From: Candidatus Pelearchaeum maunauluense
GTDB taxonomy: Archaea; Thermoproteota; Nitrososphaeria_A; Caldarchaeales; Caldarchaeaceae
DNA: 64,000 bases
NCBI GenBank assembly: GCA_030059675.1
Contig: JANVYQ010000001.1
Location: forward strand, 307,032-371,031
Direction of reading: 5' to 3'
The notes beneath the pieces are model-generated. The model made no database searches and was not told the DNA's origin. It saw only the letters and a list, made by a program, of their open reading frames with translations. Position numbers and translations under genes: made by a program. Below are positions 9,857-19,056 of the stretch, piece after piece (within the stretch, counting starts at the first letter, position 1; each line of letters starts with the position of its first letter).

Positions 9857-11121
9857 AATTGGGTTGCCTCGGTTGAGCCGCAGAGCGCCGCCCTATCCGC
9901 GCCCTCGCCCAGAACTATCCTTAACACCTCGTCGTAGTAGCCTGTGCCTACGAAGCTTTGGTGCTTCACAGCCCTGTAGCCTGTCTTCTCCAGCTCAAAC
10001 TCGTGTTGCTGTAGCTTGACATAAGCCGGCAGCCCTGTCTCGGCCATCCCTCTGGCCAGCTCGTACATGGAAGCGTTGAGCGAGTGGAAGCCTGCTAGAG
10101 TTATGAACTGGAACTTATACCCCATCTCGCCCAGCCGCTGCTGGAACCCGGCTATCGTCTCCTCATCTAGGTTCTTACGCCAGTTGAATGAGGGTGAGAG
10201 GTTGTATGCCAGCATCTTGTTGGGATGTTCGCGGCGTATGGCTTCTGCGAACCGTCTAGCCTCCTCTAGGTCTGGCTTGGATGTCTCAAACCAAATCATG
10301 TCGGCGTATGGTGCGTAAGCTAGGCCGCGCGCTATCGCAGCCTCAAGCCCGCCGCGCATCACGTAATAGCCCTCGGGGGTCCTCTCACCAGTTATGAACC
10401 GCCTATCGCGCGCATCTACGTCGCTGGTTATGTACTGCGCTCCCAGGGCGTCTGTTCTCGCTATGAGTATTGTTGGCACTCCCAGGACGTCGGCCGCAAG
10501 GCGCGCGGCTATGAGAATCTTCACGAAGCTCCGGGTGGGGACTAGGACCTTGCCCCCAAGGTGGCCACAGCGCCTCTCGCTAGGTGATTGGTCTTCAAAA
10601 TGCACGCCAGCCGCGCCGGCTTCTATCATGGCCTTCATAAGCTCAAAGGCGTGGAGCGGCCCTCCGAAGCCTGCTTCGCCGTCAGCCACGATGGGGACGA
10701 AGTAATCCACGCGCGGCCCGCCGTTGAGGTGCTTTATCTGGTCAGCCCTCTGGAGCGCCTGCACTATCCTCTTCACAAGTATTGGGACGCTGTTGGACGG
10801 GTATAGCCCTAGGTCTGGGTACATCTGCCCCGCAGCATTAGCGTCTGCCGCTACCTGCCAGCCGCTTACGTAAATCGCCCTAAGCCCAGCCTCAACCATC
10901 TGTATCGCCTGGTTCCCAGTGAGAGCACCCATCGCCGAGATGTATGGCATGGTAGCTAGCTGGCGCCAGAACTTCTCAGCACCAAGCCTGGCTACCGTGT
11001 ATTCTATCTTGAGCGAACCGCGCAGCCTGAGCACATCCTCAGCCGTATAAGGCCTTGCTATGCCCCTCCACCTCTCGGAGCGCCACTCCTCCTCAATTAA
11101 GCGTATCTCAGCCTCGCGCAA
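9853..11121 (-). CDS. aceA: Isocitrate lyase
   Basis: Carries the ICL signature [14 protein letters not shown] (K[KR]CGH[LM]) plus [19 protein letters not shown] at the N-terminus and ARTDA. 422 aa with a TTG start. Confidence 0.9.
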   Translation of the reverse strand: MREAEIRLIEEEWRSERWRGIARPYTAEDVLRLRGSLKIEYTVARLGAEKFWRQLATMPYISAMGALTGNQAIQMVEAGLRAIYVSGWQVAADANAAGQMYPDLGLYPSNSVPILVKRIVQALQRADQIKHLNGGPRVDYFVPIVADGEAGFGGPLHAFELMKAMIEAGAAGVHFEDQSPSERRCGHLGGKVLVPTRSFVKILIAARLAADVLGVPTILIARTDALGAQYITSDVDARDRRFITGERTPEGYYVMRGGLEAAIARGLAYAPYADMIWFETSKPDLEEARRFAEAIRREHPNKMLAYNLSPSFNWRKNLDEETIAGFQQRLGEMGYKFQFITLAGFHSLNASMYELARGMAETGLPAYVKLQQHEFELEKTGYRAVKHQSFVGTGYYDEVLRIVLGEGADRAALCGSTEATQF

Positions 11122-11279
11122 GGTTATTCACCGTTTGTTGGTGAGCGGTGGGATTGGCGCAATACTATATGAATATAACGTATATGTCATATGATTTTAC
11201 ATGAAACTTACGTAAAAAACTAAAGGTAACATATTTTAAGCCTGCGTCTTACCTATTTGTGCTTTACGGGTGGCAGTAG

Positions 11280-12314
11280 TTGAGAATAGAGTACAGGCGG
11301 CTCCAGCTCTCGGCCATGGGTAGCTATCTCGTGACGATTCCGCGGCAGTGGGTTGAGGAGCTGGGCTGGGATAAGGGTACTAGGCTTGTGCTGTGCCTTG
11401 AGGGGGGTAGGATTACGATAGCGTCTGAGACCAGGTCGGCGCAGCCGCGTAGGTCTACGCACACGATATACATAGAGGACTTTCCAAACCGTAAGTTTCT
11501 GGAGCTATGCATAAACGCCTCCTACATACAGGGGAATGACGTAACTGAGATTCTCTCGCGCGAGAAGCTGAAGTCTGAGCATCGTAAGTGGATTCGCGAC
11601 GCTCTGGATAGTGTTGTGGGTGCTGAGATTGCCGAGGAGTACTCGGATAGGGTTATACTCCAGAGCCTTGTTGACCCGCTGAAGTTCCATATCAACGCTG
11701 TGGTGAGCAGGTTCTCTGTGGTGGCTATGGCTGTTTATACCGACGCCGTGAAGGCTCTCTACATAGGAGACCGCGACCTCGCGCTAGACGCTTATGAGCG
11801 GGGCAAGGACAGCGCGAAGCTCTACCGCCTCCTCATGAGGCAGGTCGTAGAATGCGCGCGGAACCCAGAGCTTGCGGCGCGTATGGAGATGCCAGACCCA
11901 GGTGAGGTGATAGTCATGGCGCTCACGGTGCGGGAGCTGAGCAGGATAGCATACTACGCCATGCGCATAGCAGAGCACGCGGCGGAGATAGCAGAGGCAG
12001 GCCTTGACGACGAGATACTAAACATAATCTCAGAAACACATGCCGCCGCTATGAGCCTGCATAGGAACGGGATGCAGGCACTGCAGGAGAAGAGCCTACA
12101 TCTCGCGAGCAAGGTGATAGATGATATGGAAACGCTCCGCGAGCTGTTTGACAGGGGGCTGAGCTACATCATGTCTGGGAAGCTCAAGCCAGAGGTGGCT
12201 AGGCACGTGTTGTTCATATTGAGGAACTTTAGGGCGATAGGTGGCTATGCTGTTGGGCTTGCCGACAACGCGACGCTCAGAATATTCTCGCGGAGCGTTT
12301 CATCTGAACCTTAG
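11280..12314 (+). CDS. AbrB/SpoVT-domain + PhoU-domain regulator (archaeal PhoU-like)
   Basis: The N-terminus LQLSAMGSYLVTIPRQWVEELGWDKGTRLVL is a SpoVT/AbrB swapped-hairpin motif. The rest is helical with PhoU-like repeats. Confidence 0.65.
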   Translation: MRIEYRRLQLSAMGSYLVTIPRQWVEELGWDKGTRLVLCLEGGRITIASETRSAQPRRSTHTIYIEDFPNRKFLELCINASYIQGNDVTEILSREKLKSEHRKWIRDALDSVVGAEIAEEYSDRVILQSLVDPLKFHINAVVSRFSVVAMAVYTDAVKALYIGDRDLALDAYERGKDSAKLYRLLMRQVVECARNPELAARMEMPDPGEVIVMALTVRELSRIAYYAMRIAEHAAEIAEAGLDDEILNIISETHAAAMSLHRNGMQALQEKSLHLASKVIDDMETLRELFDRGLSYIMSGKLKPEVARHVLFILRNFRAIGGYAVGLADNATLRIFSRSVSSEP

Positions 12315-14192
12315 CAGGGGAAAAGCCAGAGCTATTATCGCGAGCGTTACCCCGTCATCACCCAGCACGCCTACCCAGAGGGGTATCAGACCAGCTATTC
12401 CAAGCGTGATGAGAGACAGCTTCAGCCCTATCGCGAGCAGTAGGTTTGCCTTGAGCGTCTTCACAAGCCTCCTGCTCAGCCTGATTAGATACTCAACTAT
12501 GCGGAGGTCGTTCCCCATTAGGGCTACGTCGGCAGCCTCTATCGCTATGTCATTACCAGCAGTCCCCACGGCTACGCCGACATCAGCGGCCGCCAACACT
12601 GCGGCGTCATTAACACCATCGCCAACCATCATCACTGGCCCATAACGCTGCCGAAGTTCCCTGACCACGCGAACCTTATCCTCTGGTAGTAGGCCAGCAT
12701 AATACTCGTCTATCCCCAGATGCTCGGCCACCTCGCGCGCCGCGCGTTCGTCATCGCCCGTGAGCATGACAACCGTAATGCCTAGGCGCTTAATCTTCTG
12801 AACAGCCTCACGCGCCTCTGGCCGCGGGGTGTCGGAGAGGCTTATCGTCCCAGCAAACCTGTTATTCACGGCCACGTCAACGACTGAGCCGCGCAGCTCC
12901 TCATGAACCACGTGGCTATGGTTTGCCTGCGAATTCACGAATGAGTGGCGGCCAATCATTATCAGCTGGCCATCAGTTGTCAGGGCGCTCACACCCATCC
13001 CTGGCCTCTCCTCAACCTTCACATCGCCATGAAGGCTTATCCCGTTGGACTTTGCCGCCTCAACAATAGCATTAGCTATCGGATGCGTTGAGCGCGAGGC
13101 TGCCAGGGCTGAGAGCTTCAGAAGCTCCCTCTCGCTGAAGCCGCTTGTGGGCTTCACACCAACAACGCGGAGCACCCCCTTCGTTAATGTTCCAGTCTTG
13201 TCAAACGCAACGACGCGCGTGCGCGCCATCTCCTCCATGTATATCCCGCCCTTGACCAGTGAGGAGCTCCACATGGCGCGCGTGAGCCCCATCATCACGG
13301 TAACTGGTGTGGCTATCACGATTGCGCTTGGGCAGGCTATGACGAGTACGACCAGCGCCTTATACACCCATGTCGTCAGGGGCTGGGCTAGCATTAGCGG
13401 CGGGACAACAGCTACGAGGGCTGCCAGAACAATAGTAGCTGGCGTGTAGTATCTGGAGAATCTATCTATGAAGCGCTCCAGCCTAATCTTCTTCTCACGC
13501 GCCTCAATAACAAGCTTGGTTATCCTACTGACGGTGGAATCCCTGAACGGCTTCTCCGCAACAATCTCCAGCGAGCCCGTTAGGTTGAGCGTCCCAGAGA
13601 GAACCACATCCCCATGCTGCTTCTCAACTGGTATTGACTCGCCAGTTACTGTTGACTGGTCTATTGTGGAGCTTCCCGCCACGATACGGCCGTCAACTGG
13701 TATGCGCCAGCCAGGCTTGACAACAACGATGTCGCCGACCTCTATCTCCTCCACAGGTATCTCCTCAACCTTGCCGCCGCGCTTGACGAGGGCGCGCTGG
13801 GGGAGGAGCGACGCCATCCGCCGCGTAATGTTCCTAACCTTATCAACGGTATAGTCTTCTAGCGTCTCGGCGAAGTGGTAGAGTATCAGGACGGCCGCGC
13901 CCTCTTCATAGAAGCCTATGGCAGCCGCTCCCACCGCGGCGGTGAGCATGAGAACATCGGTGTTGAACGGGTTGCTCCTAAGCCTGCGCACAGCATCATA
14001 AGCAACGGGGACGGCCACCAGCAGGAGAGCAACACCAGCCAGGAAATGCTCTAAAACCCCGCCAACACTACTCCAGATTAGTATGAGTGCCATGAATAGG
14101 AAGCCTGATGCCACTATAGCTATCCAGAGTCTAGGCGATAGACCGCCATGACCAGCCCCATCACTCCCGCTACTATCCACGTCGCCAGTCAA
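12300..14192 (-). CDS. Heavy-metal translocating P-type ATPase (P1B) without N-terminal metal-binding domain
   Basis: DKTGTLT, TGD, GDGVNDAAVL and the TM motif IACPSAIVIATP (CPS in place of the usual CPC) are present. There is no CxxC HMA domain at the N-terminus. Confidence 0.85.
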   Translation of the reverse strand: MTGDVDSSGSDGAGHGGLSPRLWIAIVASGFLFMALILIWSSVGGVLEHFLAGVALLLVAVPVAYDAVRRLRSNPFNTDVLMLTAAVGAAAIGFYEEGAAVLILYHFAETLEDYTVDKVRNITRRMASLLPQRALVKRGGKVEEIPVEEIEVGDIVVVKPGWRIPVDGRIVAGSSTIDQSTVTGESIPVEKQHGDVVLSGTLNLTGSLEIVAEKPFRDSTVSRITKLVIEAREKKIRLERFIDRFSRYYTPATIVLAALVAVVPPLMLAQPLTTWVYKALVVLVIACPSAIVIATPVTVMMGLTRAMWSSSLVKGGIYMEEMARTRVVAFDKTGTLTKGVLRVVGVKPTSGFSERELLKLSALAASRSTHPIANAIVEAAKSNGISLHGDVKVEERPGMGVSALTTDGQLIMIGRHSFVNSQANHSHVVHEELRGSVVDVAVNNRFAGTISLSDTPRPEAREAVQKIKRLGITVVMLTGDDERAAREVAEHLGIDEYYAGLLPEDKVRVVRELRQRYGPVMMVGDGVNDAAVLAAADVGVAVGTAGNDIAIEAADVALMGNDLRIVEYLIRLSRRLVKTLKANLLLAIGLKLSLITLGIAGLIPLWVGVLGDDGVTLAIIALAFPLLRFR

Positions 14193-14281
14193 ATTATATG
14201 CCAGAAACTAATCATACAAATCTATGCTATAAGGTTTAAGTTGATAATGATAATCAAACTATAGCGTGGTGAAAGAATATA

Positions 14282-15135
14282 ATGGTATCGGAGATTCTTG
14301 TTAGGTATGTTTTAAATAAGCATGAAAGACGTGATAGCTGGTTTTTAGATGATTATTCTCTTAATCCCTATAAGCTATGTTAGGGGAAGTAAATACGGAG
14401 AGAATATGGGCAATGAGCTGGCCGTTAAGATTAACGCTCCTCTTCTCCTAAGTAAGGAGCTCACAAGATTAGCAGCTAGAAACAAATATGGAATAATCGC
14501 TATAGGAACAGCTACAGAGCCTTGGATGAAGATAGAAGAAAAATACAAAATAACTAGAGCTTGTCTTGAGATGATCGCCAAGCATAGATTCCCAGTTCAC
14601 TGCCTAACAAAATCACCTATAATTCTAAGAGATTTAGACTTGTTGAGAGAAATAGATGAATATGCTATACTTCCTTACAACTTGAAAGAACAACTTAATC
14701 ATAGAAGTATGATAACGATATCTCTATCAACGTTGGATGATTCTGTCGCAGCTATCTTTGAACCAGGCGCTCCTAAACCAACTGACCGGCTTAAGCTTTT
14801 GGGAAAAATTAAGGACGCTGGCATCTATGCTGGCATAGCTTATATCCTGTATTACCATTCATCTCAGATTCTGATGAACAGTTAGACGAGATGTGAAGAC
14901 AGCCAAGGACTCTAATGCTGATTATGTTCTCATAGGTGCATTAACGCTATATGGCGTTGGTAAGAAACTTTACTATAAACTTCTGGAAAGAAACTATCCA
15001 GAGCTACTTCCAAAATACAGAAAGTTATTCAAGCTTTTCAACCAACCACCAAAAAGTTATCAACTAACTCTGGAGAGGAAAGCAAAAATAATATGTGAGA
15101 AATATGGAATTAAGCATAGGCTTGTTAATCTTTAG
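14282..15135 (+). pseudogene. Decayed radical-SAM (SplB/COG1533-like) gene
   Basis: The N-terminal piece MVSEILVRYVLNKHERRDSWFLDDYSLNPYKLC stops at 14381-14383, just where the CxxxCxxC cluster is expected. ORF 14349-14885 (KINAPLLLSKEL...GTATEPW...CLTKSPIILRDLDLL) and ORF 14893-15135 continue in other frames, with further shifts near 14845 and 14890. Confidence 0.6.
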
Positions 15136-15415
15136 TTACGTATATAGCATATAGAACTAACGCAAATCCTACAGCAGTTATTAACGCTTCTATTGTATGT
15201 GCAGCGACTAAACTATATTGAAAGAATTCAGATAATATGCCCTCTATTACCGCTCCTAACGTTATGAGTAGAAAAGCAACTGATAACACCACGAATGGAG
15301 GCTTGTTAGCTATCTTCTTCCTCGCCTGGTAGCTTATGTAAACTAGAATAAGCCCCGCAACGACGAGAGCCAGACGAGCTATAACGAGAGCTATGTGAAA
15401 CGACATAATGCGCAC
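15125..15415 (-). CDS. Small membrane protein (3 TM), paralog of 16029-16235
   Basis: LILVYISYQARKK...VVLSVAFLLITLGAVIEGILSEF aligns with IIVVVSYGAYRRV...LFVSLGFGLITLGSLVEGFLFEI of 16029-16235. Confidence 0.6.
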   Translation of the reverse strand: MRIMSFHIALVIARLALVVAGLILVYISYQARKKIANKPPFVVLSVAFLLITLGAVIEGILSEFFQYSLVAAHTIEALITAVGFALVLYAIYVTKD

Positions 15416-15427
15416 CTTAGCATCATT

Positions 15428-15715
15428 TTACAGCCTCTCTAAGAGTCCAGCGCCAACGCACCGTAAGTATTGCAGCGATAATATTAACATGAAGAGATGA
15501 TCTAAGCTAGCAGTTTCTTGGAGAAACGATGTCTTGATATTTTCCAACAACTCCGTTGGTAGACAGCCTATTATGAATAAGAGGAGTAATGTGGGGAAAT
15601 CGTTTAAAATTCTCCTACCTTTTCTAGCTCTCTTGACCACCAAAGACAGTGAGAGTATTATGGCCAGTATGAGAACAACCATGGTGGATATATAAAATAT
15701 ATCTTCAACCTGCAC
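15428..15715 (-). CDS. Small membrane protein
   Basis: 95-aa ORF with two or three hydrophobic helices, in the same-strand gene string behind the wHTH gene. Confidence 0.45.
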   Translation of the reverse strand: MQVEDIFYISTMVVLILAIILSLSLVVKRARKGRRILNDFPTLLLLFIIGCLPTELLENIKTSFLQETASLDHLFMLILSLQYLRCVGAGLLERL

Positions 15716-15980
15716 GGCCTAAACGCGCCTCAACATAACTATAATATAATACAACTAGGAGTATGAGGAGAGCAGATAACAGTTCAAGCAAGGACTTTAG
15801 AAGACTTTGCTCAACGAACGCGGCAAGATTGTAAAAGCCGTGTATAAATAGTCCCAACGCAAATAGTAGGGAGAGAATGAAAAACCGCCTATTAGAACTG
15901 TAGACCAACTTAGCTAAATAGAATGGTATTATTGAGGCATACCAAACAACTAAAGCGGTAGCAAGCTGGAAATAATCCAA
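15705..15980 (-). CDS. Small membrane protein
   Basis: 91-aa hydrophobic ORF that overlaps the next gene by 11 bp, an operon-like arrangement. Confidence 0.45.
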   Translation of the reverse strand: MDYFQLATALVVWYASIIPFYLAKLVYSSNRRFFILSLLFALGLFIHGFYNLAAFVEQSLLKSLLELLSALLILLVVLYYSYVEARLGRAG

Positions 15981-16028
15981 CTACGTCACCTTTTCATCAC
16001 TATGTCTTTCTGAAAGAGTATATGAGTA

Positions 16029-16235
16029 TTAGAAAGCAAGCTTATTTTTTAAGATTTCAAAGAGAAAGCCCTCTACGAGAGACCCTAGTGTTATTAGTCC
16101 AAATCCAAGTGATACAAATAGCATCATTCTGCTTTTTACCCTTCTATAAGCACCATAGCTTACTACTACTATTATAATTCCGAGTATAAGCACGACAAGC
16201 TTAGCAAATGTGAGAAAAATTATTTCAGAAACCAT
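16029..16235 (-). CDS. Small membrane protein, shorter paralog of 15125-15415
   Basis: See the alignment under 15125-15415. At 68 aa it lacks the last helix of the 96-aa paralog. Confidence 0.5.
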   Translation of the reverse strand: MVSEIIFLTFAKLVVLILGIIIVVVSYGAYRRVKSRMMLFVSLGFGLITLGSLVEGFLFEILKNKLAF

Positions 16236-16292
16236 TATTCCTCTCCACTCCTTAGAGAGTAAAAGCGTCTAAATGCCTTATCAATTACACCT

Positions 16293-16538
16293 CTATTGGG
16301 CGTAGCCTCCACCTTCAAACCTTATAGTAACGCTGCTGAATGTGCTCCTGTATAGAGAATATTTCTTCCCATCTTTACTATGTTCTATACGCTCAATAGT
16401 TAGTATCCCCTGCTCTTTAAGCTCATTCATAATCCTAAAAGCAGTTGTGTAAGGAATATCACATTCTTTTATAAGCTCAATGACACTCTTCGCCCTCACA
16501 ACTGTGCTGGCTATAATCTTAGATGGGGAGTAGGACAT
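16293..16538 (-). CDS. Small winged-helix transcription regulator
   Basis: SVIELIKECDIPYTTAFRIMNELKEQGILTIERI...GKKYSLY shows an HTH plus wing pattern. It is the first gene of the minus-strand string. Confidence 0.6.
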   Translation of the reverse strand: MSYSPSKIIASTVVRAKSVIELIKECDIPYTTAFRIMNELKEQGILTIERIEHSKDGKKYSLYRSTFSSVTIRFEGGGYAQ

Positions 16539-16544
16539 GAATTC

Positions 16545-16832
16545 ATGGTGGTAAAGGATAAGGATGCAATGCTGACGGAGATAAGAGACACGGTAAATGA
16601 ATTAAAAGCGCAAGGACTTGATGAAGAAGATATTGAGGGCTCGCATGAAATACACGAGATACATGAGAAATATGCTGAGGAAGACGTTGCTGTGGAGCCT
16701 GGAGAAACTAAAACTTTCTTCCTAAAGTTTGACGCTCCAGGAACTTACTCCTACCTATGTACAGAGTTGGCAGCAACATTTCCAGATACTCATGCAGATG
16801 AGGGAATGGTTGGCAAAATAGTAGTTGAATAA
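16545..16832 (+). CDS. Cupredoxin-like fragment/protein (C-terminal Cys-His-Met copper ligand set)
   Basis: GTYSYLCTELAATFPDTHADEGMVGKIVVE matches the type-1/CuA cupredoxin C-terminal motif (Y.C....H...GM.G.i.V). There is no signal peptide, and 95 aa is short for a full domain. Confidence 0.5.
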   Translation: MVVKDKDAMLTEIRDTVNELKAQGLDEEDIEGSHEIHEIHEKYAEEDVAVEPGETKTFFLKFDAPGTYSYLCTELAATFPDTHADEGMVGKIVVE

Positions 16833-16958
16833 TAAAACAACTACTTTTCCTATTATCTTTTTATTCTCCAATGCATGATTATTAATGAAGTCTTGAGAGT
16901 GTGAATGCTTGCTCTAGGTGATGAATGTTCTTCATAGGTTTTGGAGGTGTGGCATCCT

Positions 16959-17570
16959 ATGAAAATGAAATATTTAATCCCGTTGGTTGCAGCTGTGGTG
17001 GCGCTTGCTGTAGTAGGAGCTTTCTTAGCTCTTCAAGCTCTCTCAACCCCCTCATATACGCCATCAATAGAGATAGCAGGCAACCAGAAGCTCGAAGACT
17101 TCACCCTCATAGACCAGTATGAGAGAGAGTTTAGGCTCTTCTCCGTCAAGGGCAAGGTTGTCCTCCTATACTTCAGCTATACCAACTGCCCAGACGTATG
17201 CCCACTTGTCATGAGCAAATACGCATACCTGGCAGAGAAGCTGGGCCCAGACATAGACAAGGTTGCCATGATACTCGTGACGACAGACCCTGAGCGCGAC
17301 TCCCCAGAGGTTCTCCGCGAGTATGTTGAGCGCTACACGCCGAAGATAATCGCCCTAACTGGGCCGCGTGAGGTTCTGGAGAAGGTCTGGTACGACTATG
17401 GCATAGCCGCGAAGGCCGAGAAGCCGCAGGAGGAGGGAGGCCAGTACTTCGTAGCGCATACTGCGCTGGTCATAGTGGCTGACAAGAATATGGTTATGCG
17501 CTTTGCCTTCACGCCAGAGATGCCGCCAGAAGAGTATTTGCAGGGTGTAAAGTATCTCCTGAGCCAGTAG
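16959..17570 (+). CDS. SCO1/SenC family thioredoxin-fold copper chaperone
   Basis: Contains the YFSYTNCPDVCP (CxxxC) motif, a TM anchor MKMKYLIPLVAAVVALAVVGAF and HT(A)LV. The ATG at 16959 is preferred over the TTG at 16941 because GGAGGTG lies about 10 nt upstream. Confidence 0.85.
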   Translation: MKMKYLIPLVAAVVALAVVGAFLALQALSTPSYTPSIEIAGNQKLEDFTLIDQYEREFRLFSVKGKVVLLYFSYTNCPDVCPLVMSKYAYLAEKLGPDIDKVAMILVTTDPERDSPEVLREYVERYTPKIIALTGPREVLEKVWYDYGIAAKAEKPQEEGGQYFVAHTALVIVADKNMVMRFAFTPEMPPEEYLQGVKYLLSQ

Positions 17571-17572
17571 CC

Positions 17573-18118
17573 ATGTTGCGGAGGCTGAGCATCCCAGTAC
17601 TGGCCGCCTCGTCCCTGGGATACCTAGCCTTCTACATCTTCTTCACAGGAACAGCCCAATACCTAACAACGCCAGCATACGGGATAGAGGGAATACACGT
17701 CAAGCTTATGAGCATAGAGACGCAGACATACACAGGCCCCATACTCCAGCTCATAGGCGATGGATACCTGATAACGGTCAGGCTTGTTCCAGCAGCTATA
17801 GGCGCTGTCCTAGCAGCGCTGGTCGGCGTCAATGTCTCTATACTCTGGTATCTCTATCGCGCGAGGAGCCTCAAGGCATGTCTATTGGGGGGCGGTGCTG
17901 GTGGTGCTGGAGCGCTGATAGCAAACCTGGCCTGCTTCTCCTACCTCTGCTGCGGATGGGCGCCATCACTCATAATACTCGGAACCGCCTTCACCGCAGC
18001 CTTCGGAACAGCAATCTCAGCAATAGCCATAGCCCTACTCACGCTAAACGCCATAATCCTCGCAAAGAGGATGAACGCGATAACCACACCCGGAGTAAAC
18101 GCTAATTTAGAGGCATAA
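17573..18118 (+). CDS. Membrane protein with CFSYLCCGW cysteine motif
   Basis: 181-aa polytopic ORF immediately after SCO1 (2-bp gap) with a Gly-rich loop and ACFSYLCCGWAPS. I do not recognise the family. Confidence 0.55.
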   Translation: MLRRLSIPVLAASSLGYLAFYIFFTGTAQYLTTPAYGIEGIHVKLMSIETQTYTGPILQLIGDGYLITVRLVPAAIGAVLAALVGVNVSILWYLYRARSLKACLLGGGAGGAGALIANLACFSYLCCGWAPSLIILGTAFTAAFGTAISAIAIALLTLNAIILAKRMNAITTPGVNANLEA

Positions 18119-18138
18119 CAACCAAGAAGAGGCTGCAC

Positions 18139-19023
18139 ATGCCCAAGATAGGTGGAGTAATAACAGCAATACTAACACCGTTCAACGAAGACGGCAGACC
18201 AAACGAGAAGGCGATAGGCGGCCTTCTTGACTATATCCTAGCTGGAGGTATTGACGGTCTATACATACTCGGAACAACAGGCTTGGGCCCCTTGATGAGC
18301 GTTGAGGAGCGTAAGCTGATTGCTGAGGCTATGGTAACGACGGCGGGCAAGCGGGTTGTGCGCATAATTCACGTAGGCGGTCTGGTCGTGCAGGATATCC
18401 TCAGCCTCGCGCGCCACGCAGAGCAGATAGGAGCGGACGCGGTGGCATGTCTAACCCCATTCTACTACCACCTAGACACCAAAGCCCTAGAAGAGTTCTA
18501 CGCCAAGATAGCGGGGGCAACCTCTCTCCCAATCCTACTATACAACATACCCCAGAACACTGGCTACAACATAAAACCAGAAACCATCGCAGCTATTGTT
18601 GAGCGCGTCCCAAGCGTGGCGGGGATAAAAGACTCCAGCGGAATCCTAGCCCAGCTTATGGAGACTCAGTACCTCCTCGGTAATAGCTTCGCAGTCCTCA
18701 ATGGAAGCGACAGGCTTGTCCTCCCGACGCTTGCCGCAGGCCTGGCAGGCTCGGTAACCGCGTTGAGCAACGTGGCGCCCAAGCTGGTCAAGGATATAGA
18801 CACAGCCTACAGGAGTGGAGACCACGCCAAAGCCCTGCAAAACCAGCGAAACGTAGCCCAGCTCGCCAACGCCCTAGGAGAAAAACTAATCCCAGCCCTC
18901 TACACACTCCTCAACAACAAAGGCATAAACGTAGGAAAGCCCAAGCCACCCCTCACACCCCTCAAAAAACAAGAAGAACAGGAAATCCTCCAGAAAACCA
19001 GCAAAATCCCAATAGAAACTTAA
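18139..19023 (+). CDS. DapA-family class I aldolase, probably KD(P)G aldolase
   Basis: GIDGLYILGTTGLGPLMSVEER, LLYNIPQNTGYNI and GIKDSSG are present. The 294-aa length and the GTTGLGP motif resemble crenarchaeal KDG aldolase. Confidence 0.7.
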   Translation: MPKIGGVITAILTPFNEDGRPNEKAIGGLLDYILAGGIDGLYILGTTGLGPLMSVEERKLIAEAMVTTAGKRVVRIIHVGGLVVQDILSLARHAEQIGADAVACLTPFYYHLDTKALEEFYAKIAGATSLPILLYNIPQNTGYNIKPETIAAIVERVPSVAGIKDSSGILAQLMETQYLLGNSFAVLNGSDRLVLPTLAAGLAGSVTALSNVAPKLVKDIDTAYRSGDHAKALQNQRNVAQLANALGEKLIPALYTLLNNKGINVGKPKPPLTPLKKQEEQEILQKTSKIPIET

Positions 19024-19056
19024 AATAAACCAAAAGACAAAACGCAAAGGAGAACA

